Assembly (NCBI GenBank): GCA_977020255.1
Contig: CDROCS010000506.1
Span: forward strand, 3,410,001 to 3,474,000
Direction of reading: 5' to 3'
DNA from: Obrimoposthia wandeli
Taxonomy: Eukaryota
Length of the DNA stretch: 64,000 nucleotides
Positions 1 to 10,085 of the stretch are shown in pieces; position 1 is the stretch's first letter; each line of letters begins with the position of its first letter. A program made the position numbers and the translations under genes. The notes beneath the pieces are model-generated. The model saw only the letters and a list, made by a program, of their open reading frames with translations. It was not told the DNA's origin and made no database searches.

Positions 1-3000
1 GATATTCAATCTTACCTGTATCATATTTCTCAAAACGACCACGCTAAAGCGGTTGAAGTGATCAAACGTACTTTACCTATGCCACTGTCGATTGGCCGTG
101 TGTGTCCGGCATTTTGTGAAACCGAATGTCGTCGTGGTTTGGTCGATGAACCGCTCGCCATTCGTCAATTGAAACGTCATGCTGCCGATATCGATTTAGC
201 AGCACAAGAACAATACGTACCAGTAAAAAAACCGGGGCGAGGTGAATCTATTGCCATTGTTGGTAGTGGCCCTGGTGGCTTAACCTGTGGTTATTACCTG
301 ACTAATGAAGGTTATGACGTGACGGTATTTGAATCTATGCCGGATGCAGGAGGGTGGTTACGTTATGGTATTCCTGAGTACCGCTTACCTAAAGCCATTC
401 TGGCGAAAGAAATTGAGATCATGTGCCGTAACGGCATGCAGTTGCTGACCAACAAAAAATTGGGGCGTGATTTTAGCCTGACAGAACTGACTCAAGACTA
501 TGATGCCGTGTGTTTAGCGGTTGGCGCATCACAAGCGGTCGACATGCAATACACGGGTAGTGACTTGGATGGTTGCTATCTGGGCGTTGATTACCTTAAA
601 GATTACGTCACCGATGGTCACTACACCACAGGTAAGAAAGTGGCTGTGATTGGCGGTGGTAATACCGCGATTGACTGCGCGCGAACTGCTGTACGTGATG
701 GCGCTGATACGACGTTGATTTACCGACGAACTCGCGCTGAAATGCCTGCGGAAGATTATGAAATTCTGGAAGCGGAACATGAAGGGGTTAAATTCCACTT
801 TCTCACTAATCCAGTAGAAAACATGGCCGATGAAAATGGCCGAGTACACGAAGTAAAATTAGAGAAAATGGCCTTAGGTGAACCCGATGCATCAGGTCGC
901 CGCCGCCCAGAACAAACCGGTGAATACTTTACCGAAGCCTTTGATACAGTGATTGCCGCTGTATCGCAAAAGCCTGATTTAAGCTTCATGGAGCAAGAAA
1001 CCTTAGACTTGCCGTTAACGCGTTGGAATACCCAAGATGCCAATGAAGATACTATGTATTCGGGCGTGGGCAATGTATTTAGTATTGGCGATTTCCGCCG
1101 CGGCCCAGCAACTGCGATTGAAGCCGTTGCCGATGGGCGTATTGCCGCAGAAGCGATTGATCGTTACTTTGATGGTGATATGGAAAATATCCCAGTTAAA
1201 CAATTCAATTCGAAGAAAGCCCCTAAGTTAAAACAGGTCGATACGGCGCAATTTGACAGTATTAAACAGGTCATGCGTTCTGTCATGCCAGAGTTGAGTC
1301 CACAAGCTCGTGAGTTAAGCTTTGCTGAAGTTGAAACTGGTTTTGATAATGATGAAGCAAAGCGTGAAGCAGCGCGTTGTTTAGAATGTGGTTGTCAGGC
1401 CAATACCGACTGCCAATTACGTGATTTTGCGACTGACTACAAGGTCGCTGATGCCGATATTTATACCAAGGAAAGTAAAGAAAGTTGTCAGAAGTTTGCT
1501 GTAGATGACAGCTCCGAGTTTATCGTCTTTGATGCCAACCGTTGTATTAGCTGTGGCCAATGTGTTGATGCTTGTAACGAACAGGCGGTACATGGTGTGC
1601 TGAATTTCATGAAAAATGATGACGGAAAGTCAGCTGACCGTCCTGCATGTCGCCCTGGTTTTGAGCGTGGTTTTAGTATGGGTGATTCAGACTGCGTGCA
1701 ATGTGGACGTTGTGTGCAAGTGTGTCCGACGGGGGCATTGGTTGATAGCCGAGACAAATCCCAAGGCCGTATTGAAATGCTAAAACCAGTCGATACCATT
1801 TGCACTTATTGTGGTGTCGGCTGCAAGTTAACTATGTTTGTTGATGAAAGTCAGAATAAGATCCGTTATGTGCAAGGCGTGAAAGATTCACCAGTAAACC
1901 AAGGTATGTTATGTGTGAAAGGGCGCTTTGGCTTTGATTTTGTTAGTAGCAGCGAGCGCCTTACTACGCCATTAATTCGTAAAGATGGCGTACTCCAACC
2001 TGCGAGCTGGGAAGAGGCTATCACGCTGGTGGCCGCTAAGTTTAATGCCATTAAAACCAAGCATGGTGGGAATGCATTAGCAGGTTTCTCGTCAGCAAAA
2101 ACCACCAATGAAGATAACTTCGCTTTTCAGAAATTCATTCGCCGTGAGTTAGAAACAAATAACGTCGATCACTGTGCTCGCTTATGTCACGCCTCGACCG
2201 TAACAGGTCTTGAAGCCTCTATTGGCAGTGGCGCGATGACCAATGATATTCCCAGTATTCAGCATTCAGATTTGATATTTATTATTGGCTCTGATACCAC
2301 CTCTGCGCACCCGATTATAGCGTCGCATATCAAACAAGCCGTACGTCATGGTAATGCGCGTTTGATTGTTGCTGATCCTAAACGTATCGATATTAGCGAT
2401 CATGCGCAATTGTATGTTGCCCATCGTCCGGGTACGGATGTGATGTTAATGAACGGCATCATGCAGCAAATAATTAAAAACGATTGGCATGATCAGGCTT
2501 ACATTAACGATCGTACCGAAGGCTTTGCGGCGTTGAAAGCAGAAGTAATGTCTGACAGTTATGCACCAGATAAAGTTGAGTTGATTACGGGCGTGAAAGC
2601 GCAAGACGTGATTAACATGGCTGAGATGATCGGCACAGCACAGCGCACGGCTGTATATTATTCGATGGGCATAACCCAACACACTACTGGGCATGACAAC
2701 GTACGCTCAATTGCCAACTTACAAATGTTGTGTGGCAACATCGGTATTGAAGGCGGCGGTATTAACCCACTACGTGGTCAGTCTAATGTGCAAGGTGCTT
2801 GTGACATGGGCGCGCTGCCAGGTGATTTTCCCGGTTATCAAAAAGTGACTAAACCAGAAGTGCAGGCCAAATTCGCCAAAGCGTGGAACAAGGCTAATTT
2901 ACCTAAAGAAGCGGGTTTAACATTAACCGAGATCATTGATGCAGCGTGTCACGACGAAGTGAAAGGGCTGTATGTAATGGGAGAAAATCCTGTGCTGAGT

Positions 3001-3864
3001 GACCCCAATCAAGCCCACGTGATTGAAGGTATCGAGAAGCTTGATTTCCTTGTGGTACAAGATATTTTCTTAACTGAAACTGCGCAATATGCAGATGTGG
3101 TTTTGCCTTCGTGTTCGTTTGCAGAGAAATCAGGTCACTTCACTAATACCGAACGCCGCGTACAACGTATTTCACCAGCAGTGAATCCACCAGGTGAAGC
3201 GAAAGAAGATTGGGTTATCATTCAAGATATTGCTAATGCTATGGGCAGTGACTGGGCATATCAATCGGTTGAGGATATTACCAAAGAAATTACCCAATTG
3301 ACGCCTCAGTATGCCGGTATCCATTGGGATAGCGTCGGTAAAAATGGCGTGCAATGGCCTTGTGCAGATGGTGAGTCTGAAGGTACGCGATTGATGCATA
3401 CCCAGCAATTTACTCGTGGTAAGGGTGAGATGGTGGCTGTGCCATTCCGTTATGCCGCAGAGTTACCTGATGATGAGTATCCGTTGATTTTGACTACCGG
3501 ACGCTTACTGGAACAGTTCCATACCGGCACCATGACGCGTAAAACGAAAGGCTTAGACAACCTTGCTGGACCACGAGCGATGATATCGGTGGCGGATGCA
3601 GAGCGATTAGGCATTAGTAATGGTGAGATGCTGACGGTATCGACACGTCGCGGCAGTATTGAAACCCCTGCGTTTGTGACTAAGCGTATGCAAGAGGGCG
3701 TGGTGTTTGTACCATTTCATTTTGCCGAATCACCAGCCAATCGTTTAACGACGACTGCCACGGATCCACACGCCAAGATCCCAGAGTTTAAAGTGGCAGC
3801 GGTGAAGATCGCAAAGGCATTGGTGTGCACGACTTCTGTGACAAGAGAGGCTGTAACCAATTAG
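1..3864 (+). CDS. fdhF: Formate dehydrogenase alpha subunit fused to an N-terminal GltD-like FAD/NAD(P) oxidoreductase and ferredoxin domains (5'-truncated by the window edge)
   Basis: The frame is open from base 1 (DIQSYLYH...). It contains GSGPGG and GGGNTA dinucleotide-binding motifs, CxxCxxCxxxC clusters (CISCGQCVDAC, CVQCGRCVQVC), CTYCGVGC, active-site CARLCHAS, PLRGQSNVQG and a molydopterin-binding C-terminus. Confidence 0.9.
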   Translation, partial: DIQSYLYHISQNDHAKAVEVIKRTLPMPLSIGRVCPAFCETECRRGLVDEPLAIRQLKRHAADIDLAAQEQYVPVKKPGRGESIAIVGSGPGGLTCGYYLTNEGYDVTVFESMPDAGGWLRYGIPEYRLPKAILAKEIEIMCRNGMQLLTNKKLGRDFSLTELTQDYDAVCLAVGASQAVDMQYTGSDLDGCYLGVDYLKDYVTDGHYTTGKKVAVIGGGNTAIDCARTAVRDGADTTLIYRRTRAEMPAEDYEILEAEHEGVKFHFLTNPVENMADENGRVHEVKLEKMALGEPDASGRRRPEQTGEYFTEAFDTVIAAVSQKPDLSFMEQETLDLPLTRWNTQDANEDTMYSGVGNVFSIGDFRRGPATAIEAVADGRIAAEAIDRYFDGDMENIPVKQFNSKKAPKLKQVDTAQFDSIKQVMRSVMPELSPQARELSFAEVETGFDNDEAKREAARCLECGCQANTDCQLRDFATDYKVADADIYTKESKESCQKFAVDDSSEFIVFDANRCISCGQCVDACNEQAVHGVLNFMKNDDGKSADRPACRPGFERGFSMGDSDCVQCGRCVQVCPTGALVDSRDKSQGRIEMLKPVDTICTYCGVGCKLTMFVDESQNKIRYVQGVKDSPVNQGMLCVKGRFGFDFVSSSERLTTPLIRKDGVLQPASWEEAITLVAAKFNAIKTKHGGNALAGFSSAKTTNEDNFAFQKFIRRELETNNVDHCARLCHASTVTGLEASIGSGAMTNDIPSIQHSDLIFIIGSDTTSAHPIIASHIKQAVRHGNARLIVADPKRIDISDHAQLYVAHRPGTDVMLMNGIMQQIIKNDWHDQAYINDRTEGFAALKAEVMSDSYAPDKVELITGVKAQDVINMAEMIGTAQRTAVYYSMGITQHTTGHDNVRSIANLQMLCGNIGIEGGGINPLRGQSNVQGACDMGALPGDFPGYQKVTKPEVQAKFAKAWNKANLPKEAGLTLTEIIDAACHDEVKGLYVMGENPVLSDPNQAHVIEGIEKLDFLVVQDIFLTETAQYADVVLPSCSFAEKSGHFTNTERRVQRISPAVNPPGEAKEDWVIIQDIANAMGSDWAYQSVEDITKEITQLTPQYAGIHWDSVGKNGVQWPCADGESEGTRLMHTQQFTRGKGEMVAVPFRYAAELPDDEYPLILTTGRLLEQFHTGTMTRKTKGLDNLAGPRAMISVADAERLGISNGEMLTVSTRRGSIETPAFVTKRMQEGVVFVPFHFAESPANRLTTTATDPHAKIPEFKVAAVKIAKALVCTTSVTREAVTN

Positions 3865-3977
3865 CTGTGAATACAGTGGCAGTCATTGCGAACTAGGATG
3901 CAATTTGACCTAGCGCATTTACTTTAAATTGACAGAAGCATATAATGAGCTCGCTTTATTATATGCTTCTCGCATAA

Positions 3978-4030
3978 AGTTACATAACTATGTTGAACAG
4001 TTACGTCAAACAGTTACGTTATATAGTTAC
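3978..4030. repeat. Four AGTTAC motifs, the last three at 13-bp period
   Basis: GTTAC occurs at 3979, 4000, 4013 and 4026; the first lies within the inverted repeat AGTTA-CA-TAACT. Confidence 0.6.
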
Positions 4031-4153
4031 ATTTAAGTCAAACCTAAGGTACCGAGATGACGCCGCCATAACGCTAGACCCCCTCTAAACAATTTATATG
4101 ACTTTTTTAATTAAAGTCAGGCTCTTACGCACCGTAAGATTATTATAAATTGG

Positions 4154-4219
4154 ACTATATCAACACTATATAAGCATTATATAAGCACTATATAAAAACT
4201 ATATTAGCTCTATATTAGT
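4154..4219. repeat. Six imperfect tandem copies of an 11-bp unit (consensus ACTATATAAGC)
   Basis: ACTATATCAAC/ACTATATAAGC/ATTATATAAGC/ACTATATAAAA/ACTATATTAGC/TCTATATTAGT read contiguously. Confidence 0.85.
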
Positions 4220-4353
4220 ATTCGCATATTTATCTATCGAGATAATATGGCTTGTTGTTGATGATCACTATTTCCTGACATATTTAAAACAGGAATTCTC
4301 CAGTATGGTATTTTTACCATCGCTATTTATCGTTTAAAAGTACATTAAATTGA

Positions 4354-4413
4354 ATGCGGCTTAGCGTCGTGGAATCTGCCCTTCTTGAAGGTCATTTACT
4401 GTGGCTGCAATAG
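4354..4413 (+). CDS. Possible 19-aa leader peptide upstream of sulP (MRLSVVESALLEGHLLWLQ*)
   Basis: ATG at 4354 and TAG at 4411-4413, 95 nt before the sulP start; ribosome-binding site is weak. Confidence 0.3.
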   Translation: MRLSVVESALLEGHLLWLQ

Positions 4414-4455
4414 CACTAAACCATCGATTTAATGGCTGATCTAAACGTAATATCC

Positions 4456-4492
4456 GCGTATCGCCACGAACTCTCGTGGGTAATCGATGCGC
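4456..4492 (+). promoter_or_regulatory. Structured 5' leader stem-loop just upstream of the sulP RBS
   Basis: GCGTATCG (4456-4463) pairs with CGATGCGC (4485-4492, one G-U). It encloses CCACGA-ACTC-TCGTGG (4464-4479) with a 5-nt bulge. The AAGGA RBS is at 4499-4503. Confidence 0.5.
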
Positions 4493-4508
4493 CCGAAAAA
4501 GGACAAGT

Positions 4509-5999
4509 ATGATTTTTTTGTCAAACAAACAAGATTGGTTAGGTAATATTAAAGGCGATATACTCGCTGGTATTGTTGTTGCGTTAGCGCTTATCCCTGA
4601 AGCTATCGCATTTTCTATTATTGCCGGCGTCGACCCTAAAGTGGGTCTGTATGCGTCGTTCTGTATCGCGACTATCGTGGCGATCACAGGTGGCAGACCA
4701 GGTATGATCTCTGCTGCAACGGGTGCCATGGCCCTGCTGATGGTAACGCTCGTTAAAGAACACGGTTTAGAATACTTACTCGCAGCGACCTTGTTAACAG
4801 GTGTGCTGCAAATACTCGCGGGTTATTTACAGTTGGGCAGCTTAATGCGCTTTGTCTCACGTTCAGTGGTGACAGGTTTTGTTAATGCCTTGGCTATCTT
4901 AATCTTTATCGCGCAGTTACCTGAATTAACCAATGTGACTTGGCATGTCTATGCAATGACGGCGGGTGGCTTAGGTATCATCTATCTATTCCCGTATATC
5001 CCCGTTATTGGTAAAAGTATTCCTTCGCCTCTAGTGTGTATCATTTTCCTGACTGTATTATCACAAGTGATAGGCTTAGATATCCGCACCGTTGGTGATA
5101 TGGGTGAATTACCTGATGCCTTACCTATCTTCTTATGGCCAGAAGTACCGCTTACTTTAGAAACGTTGTGGATCATCTTACCTTACGCGCTGGGTCTGTC
5201 TGTTGTTGGTCTTTTAGAGTCGATGATGACAGCGACGATTGTCGATGATTTAACGGATACTAAAAGTGATCGTAACCGTGAATGTAAAGCACAAGGTATT
5301 GCTAATATCGGCGCTGGTTTAATGGGTGGTATGGCTGGTTGCGCTATGATCGGACAATCAATCATTAACATTAAATCCGGTGGTCGTGGTCGATTATCGA
5401 GTTTTTCAGCGGGTGTATTCTTGTTGATAATGGTGGTTTTCTTAGGCGATGAGCTCAAGCAGATCCCGATGGCCGCTTTGGTTGCTGTGATGATCATGGT
5501 ATCGATTGGTACATTCTCGTGGAGTTCGATTAAAGATCTTCGCACGCACCCGTTATCAACCAGTATTGTGATGATTGCGACGGTTATTACTGTTGTCGGT
5601 ACTCATAACTTAGCCATTGGTGTATTTGTGGGTGTATTGCTGTCAGCGCTCTTTTTCGCGCACAAGATCAGCCGCTTTATGGTTATCAAAAACAGCCAAA
5701 CAGAGCAACAAGTACGTACTTATCAAGTTACCGGACAGATATTCTTTGCATCGGCAGATAAATTTGTTGATGGGTTTGATTTTAAAGAAGTGGTTGATAA
5801 CGTGGTTATCGATTTATCACACGCCCATTTTTGGGATATCAGTGCCGTTGGTGCGCTTGATAAAGTAGTGATTAAGTTCCGCCGCGAAGGTGCGACCGTG
5901 AATATTGTCGGCATGAGCGATGCCACTGCCACTGTAATTGATAAATTTGCTATTCATAATGACCCCGCTGCTGTTGAAAAAATGATGGCTGGCCACTAA
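4509..5999 (+). CDS. SulP family anion (sulfate/bicarbonate) transporter with C-terminal STAS domain
   Basis: GDILAGIVVALALIPEAIAFS, GLYASF, GGRPGMISAATGA and GCAMIGQS motifs; STAS-like FFAS and DLSHAHFWDISAV. Start placed at ATG 4509 after AAGGA. Confidence 0.92.
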   Translation: MIFLSNKQDWLGNIKGDILAGIVVALALIPEAIAFSIIAGVDPKVGLYASFCIATIVAITGGRPGMISAATGAMALLMVTLVKEHGLEYLLAATLLTGVLQILAGYLQLGSLMRFVSRSVVTGFVNALAILIFIAQLPELTNVTWHVYAMTAGGLGIIYLFPYIPVIGKSIPSPLVCIIFLTVLSQVIGLDIRTVGDMGELPDALPIFLWPEVPLTLETLWIILPYALGLSVVGLLESMMTATIVDDLTDTKSDRNRECKAQGIANIGAGLMGGMAGCAMIGQSIINIKSGGRGRLSSFSAGVFLLIMVVFLGDELKQIPMAALVAVMIMVSIGTFSWSSIKDLRTHPLSTSIVMIATVITVVGTHNLAIGVFVGVLLSALFFAHKISRFMVIKNSQTEQQVRTYQVTGQIFFASADKFVDGFDFKEVVDNVVIDLSHAHFWDISAVGALDKVVIKFRREGATVNIVGMSDATATVIDKFAIHNDPAAVEKMMAGH

Positions 6000-6009
6000 G
6001 GAGACTACT

Positions 6010-6873
6010 ATGAACAACCATATGAAAAAAATAATAGCTGGTATTGATGGGTCTAAATTGGCTCAAGCTGTTTGTGACACTGCTATCTGGGCGTCAAAAC
6101 GTTTGGGTAATGGCATTGTATTTCTACATAGCATTGAGAAAAAACCACAACATGGCGCGGATGATTTAAGTGGCTCGATTGGTTTAGGGGCGCGCTCAGC
6201 GTTGCTTAACCAAATGACTGAACTCGATGAACAGCGCGGCAAAATGGCTATTCAATTGGGTAATGAAATGCTCGGCCATGCGGTAGATAGAGCCAATTCA
6301 GCTGGACTAACAGACATTGAACCGTTACAGCGTCACGGTGACTTTGTCGAAGCATTAGTTGGTTTAGAAACTGATGCACGCTTAATGGTGGTTGGACGTT
6401 CTGGCAATGGTCATCAAGGTGACTTTAAAGCTTTAGGTTCACATATCGAAACCTTGATACGCCAAGTACACACGCCAATCGTGATTGCGCCGCAGGACTT
6501 CAGCGAACCAACCAATTTCATGTTGGCTTATGATGGCTGTGAAACGGCAGACAAAGCAGTGCAACGCATCATTGAAGGTGGTTTACTTAAAGGCATGACG
6601 TGTCATTTAGTGACGATTGAAAACAGTGATAAAGCCCAAAAGCAAAAGTTTGAACAGGCTCAAGCACGACTTAAAGCTGAAGGTTTTGATGTGATAGCTA
6701 CGTACCTGAAAGGCGATATCTCTACGGTGCTGATGGATTACAAACAGCGTAACGAGATCCAGTTGGTGGTGATGGGGGCATTTGCTCACTCTAAGGTAAG
6801 AAACTTTTTCTTGGGCAGTAACACCATTCGCATGATTGAAAGCAGTCGAGTGCCACTTATCGTGCTTAGATAG
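6010..6873 (+). CDS. Tandem-domain universal stress protein
   Basis: IIAGIDGS, LMVVGRSG, LAYDG and LVVMGAFAHS...FFLGSNT motifs; RBS GGAG; directly follows sulP. Confidence 0.9.
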   Translation: MNNHMKKIIAGIDGSKLAQAVCDTAIWASKRLGNGIVFLHSIEKKPQHGADDLSGSIGLGARSALLNQMTELDEQRGKMAIQLGNEMLGHAVDRANSAGLTDIEPLQRHGDFVEALVGLETDARLMVVGRSGNGHQGDFKALGSHIETLIRQVHTPIVIAPQDFSEPTNFMLAYDGCETADKAVQRIIEGGLLKGMTCHLVTIENSDKAQKQKFEQAQARLKAEGFDVIATYLKGDISTVLMDYKQRNEIQLVVMGAFAHSKVRNFFLGSNTIRMIESSRVPLIVLR

Positions 6874-6916
6874 TGCTTAGAAAGTTCTAAGATAGCACTT
6901 AGATAATGCTCATCTA
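6862..6916. repeat. About five imperfect 11-bp tandem units (GTGCTTAGATA) overlapping the usp stop
   Basis: GTGCTTAGATA/GTGCTTAGAAA/GTTCTAAGATA/GCACTTAGATA/ATGCTCATCTA. Confidence 0.7.
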
Positions 6917-7038
6917 GTGCTTTGCCCCTGAAGTGATTATTGACGTGTAATAAGTCAGTGTTAACTTTATTAAATGCTCCTCAGCTAACTTATGTATAAC
7001 ACATGGCTGAGAAGCATTTTTCATTTTGGCTGATAATA

Positions 7039-7965
7039 TTATTGATAAACGGATGGTGAATCTGGATCTGGACGGGTTTTAAAGCGTCTATGTAACCACA
7101 TATACTGAGCGCGTTCTTTATTAATGATCTGCTCGATAATGGCATTACCTCGTTTAGTGTCAGCGACTTCATCCTTGCTTGGGAAATCCTCTAACGGCGG
7201 TAATATTTCGATGGTATAACCTTTATCATCGGGGTTTCGTACTACGCTGAATGGCAATACTTTGGCTTTCCCCAAACGTGCGAGGGTACTTGCGCCAGTG
7301 ATGGTTGCGGCATCAGGCACTGCGAAGAAGGGCACAAAGGTTGCGCTGGAACGTCCGAAATCTTGATCCGCGGTATACCAGATCGCTTCTGATCTACGCA
7401 GGCAACGCACCATCTGTCTCAGATCGTGTTTAGGTATAAGCGCTTTATTCGATCTGAGTCGGCCTTTAACCTGCATGTACTCCATTGCTGGATTCTTGTG
7501 TGGGCGGTAAACACCGATACCGGGATGGAACTGACCAAATATACGAGCGCCCATTTCCAATGGCAAGCAATGTACGGCAAACAACACAATGCCATGACCT
7601 TCGCTAAGGGTCTTGTCTATATGTTCTTGACCTTTGATGGTCATGTGACGCTGGACTTTTTCATCCGACCACCACCAAGCATTGGCAATATCGAAGATCG
7701 CTTTGCCGATCTCTTCAACGTTACGTTCTAGCAATTGCGCTTGCTCTGCAGCAGGCATATCAGGGAAGCATAGTGCTAAATTACGTTGGGCGATCTTAAC
7801 GCGGCGGCTAATCAATTTTTTAATTAAACGGCCTATGCCTGCGCCCATTTTCATTTGTTTGTCTAAAGGAAGTAATAGGGTAAGTCGTATTAAACCGGCA
7901 AAAAACCACAATAACCAGAATTTCGGATGAAATAAGTGATTGGAGAACTGCGCTTTTTCTATCAT
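7039..7965 (-). CDS. lpxL: Lipid A lauroyl/late acyltransferase (LpxL/LpxP family)
   Basis: HPKFW N-terminus, RNLALCFP, HCLPLE catalytic motif, DQDFG, FVPFF and QYMWLHRRFKTRP. Confidence 0.9.
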   Translation of the reverse strand: MIEKAQFSNHLFHPKFWLLWFFAGLIRLTLLLPLDKQMKMGAGIGRLIKKLISRRVKIAQRNLALCFPDMPAAEQAQLLERNVEEIGKAIFDIANAWWWSDEKVQRHMTIKGQEHIDKTLSEGHGIVLFAVHCLPLEMGARIFGQFHPGIGVYRPHKNPAMEYMQVKGRLRSNKALIPKHDLRQMVRCLRRSEAIWYTADQDFGRSSATFVPFFAVPDAATITGASTLARLGKAKVLPFSVVRNPDDKGYTIEILPPLEDFPSKDEVADTKRGNAIIEQIINKERAQYMWLHRRFKTRPDPDSPSVYQ

Positions 7966-8176
7966 AGAGGCCTCAAAATAGTGTCATGAATATTAAAAAC
8001 AGCCCCTATCCATGAGTCTGATTCACCATTATATGATAGGTAATAATATCTAGACTTGTTGTTTTAGTTAATAATTTGATAATAAAATTGGTAGTAAGTC
8101 ATATTTTTACGCCGCTATTTGCACTCGCTATCCAAAAGCAGTAAATTAATAATTCTGCAGTATTTAAGGAGGAAGT

Positions 8177-9250
8177 ATGCAAAGCGAATGTAAATTTGTG
8201 TTACCCGGTAATCATCAACCAGAACCAGCTGAAGTATTTGAATCAATGGCACATTGGTGTCGTCAGCATAACGTTAAACATGATGTTTATGGCGAAGGTG
8301 AGCTTATTCAGGGCTTTGAACAAAAAGTGGCAGATCTACTTGGCTTTGAAGCGGGATTGTTCGTTATCACGGGCACCATGACTCAGCCAACTGCGTTGCA
8401 ACTAGCCTGTCAGTCACGACACTGCTTTAATGTTGCGTTGCATCAGTCTAGCCATATAACCTTGTGGGAGTCGCAAGGTTATCAGATGCAAAACCGATTC
8501 AATGCCTTACCAGTTGGTTCGCCGTATACGCCATGGCTGGTGGATGATCTTAAGCGCATTCCTGACAAACTAGGCGCTGTGCTTTATGAATTACCGATGC
8601 GTGAAATTGGTGGTCAACTGCCTGCGTTTGATGCATTGAATGAGATCAAAAGCTATTGTCGTGAACAGGATATTCATTTGCATATGGACGGAGCTCGCTT
8701 GTGGGAAGCCGCCGCGTATTATGAAAAATCTTATCAAGAGATTGCTCAAGGATTTAACTCTGCTTATGTTTCCTTGTATAAAGGCGTTAATGGCTTAGGT
8801 GGTTCATTATTGTTGGGTGATAAAGACTTCATTGCTGAAGCGTCAGTGTGGATGCACAGGCAAGGTGGAAGCGTGTATCAACGTTCGCCTTATGTGGTTG
8901 CCGCAGCGATGCAGTTCGATGAAAGATTAGCTGCAATGCCGGCATTATTTCAGCGTACTAAAACACTTTATAAAATGTTGTCTGAATGCAACCATATAAC
9001 TGCAAATCCGCTAGCCCCACAGGCAAACATGCTGCACTTGCATTTACCGCTGAGTAAAGCTGATGCGAGTGATTTACGCGATACATTGGCCAAAGAACAC
9101 AGTATTTGGATCGGAAACCCAAAACAAAGCGCACTGCCTAATCAGTCATACCTTGAATGGTATGTCGGTGATAATCTCTTAAGTATGAATGATGATATAC
9201 TGCGACAAGTTCTTGAGCAGATTAATAGCTTGATTGCCGTAAAATATTAG
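8177..9250 (+). CDS. Low-specificity threonine aldolase / beta-eliminating lyase family PLP enzyme
   Basis: DVYGEG, TGTMTQ, LHMDGARLWEA and SLYKG PLP-lysine motif. Confidence 0.8.
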   Translation: MQSECKFVLPGNHQPEPAEVFESMAHWCRQHNVKHDVYGEGELIQGFEQKVADLLGFEAGLFVITGTMTQPTALQLACQSRHCFNVALHQSSHITLWESQGYQMQNRFNALPVGSPYTPWLVDDLKRIPDKLGAVLYELPMREIGGQLPAFDALNEIKSYCREQDIHLHMDGARLWEAAAYYEKSYQEIAQGFNSAYVSLYKGVNGLGGSLLLGDKDFIAEASVWMHRQGGSVYQRSPYVVAAAMQFDERLAAMPALFQRTKTLYKMLSECNHITANPLAPQANMLHLHLPLSKADASDLRDTLAKEHSIWIGNPKQSALPNQSYLEWYVGDNLLSMNDDILRQVLEQINSLIAVKY

Positions 9251-9530
9251 CTTATTTGCAAGGTTATTACGTACTGTTTATTTTATGTATGCCTAATGCC
9301 TTGCTTTATTTTCGCTCGATTGACTCAAATAATCCACATAGCAACTAAGTTTGCTAACGGTAGACACTCTCATAGCCGTAGCAAGCAAAGCTATGTTAAT
9401 GTAGAGTAATAAGAAAGACACTATCCTTAAATCGCCAATCTCATCTTTGATACGGCAGACATAACAACAATTTATTCACTTTACTATAGGCTTATTGTGT
9501 AACAGCCTTGTATATAACTAGGAAATAGAC

Positions 9531-9974
9531 ATGTTTTTGCTAAATAATATACATGATAAAAATTATAAAAAATGCTATCCAACAGAATCAGATGTCATTT
9601 TTGATATCTCAGAAAAGCAGTTAGGTAGTGCTAAAAATGCGGCTTGGAACGAGCTAAAAGAAGGTAGCATTGTCTGCGTTGTAACAAGTACGCGACGAGT
9701 TAGTACTTTTTGCCGAGTAACAGCGATTAAAAGCGTTGAAGAAATCGATTCAGATGGTGGTGAAATGTTTGCCTTATTTGGTGTCGTGATTGCTAAGCTG
9801 ATGCCAGAAAGCAATATGGGTTTATTACTGAGTAAGTTTAGCGTGAAGCATCAATATCTTCCGAGTAATAAATTTAGCGTTGGTTTCCATGTTGCAGATT
9901 TGGGTACCGAGTTAGATACTTTAAAAGTGAAAACTCGAAGCGGTGCTAAAACCATCAGCGAGCTTAAAGGCTAG
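9531..9974 (+). CDS. Hypothetical protein, 147 aa
   Basis: Clean ORF with an AGGA RBS; no recognised motif. Confidence 0.65.
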   Translation: MFLLNNIHDKNYKKCYPTESDVIFDISEKQLGSAKNAAWNELKEGSIVCVVTSTRRVSTFCRVTAIKSVEEIDSDGGEMFALFGVVIAKLMPESNMGLLLSKFSVKHQYLPSNKFSVGFHVADLGTELDTLKVKTRSGAKTISELKG

Positions 9975-10085
9975 AGCTTACATAATATCAAGTGGGGCGC
10001 GTTTAATCGCGCTCACTACCCTCTACTTGTGCCTCGATGCTATAATATTAAGACATAACATCAAGACACCACACCTACTTCAGAC

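Noticed and set aside
2170-2195. Selenocysteine recoding in fdhF
   Set aside because: The active-site codon is TGT (Cys) in an uninterrupted frame.
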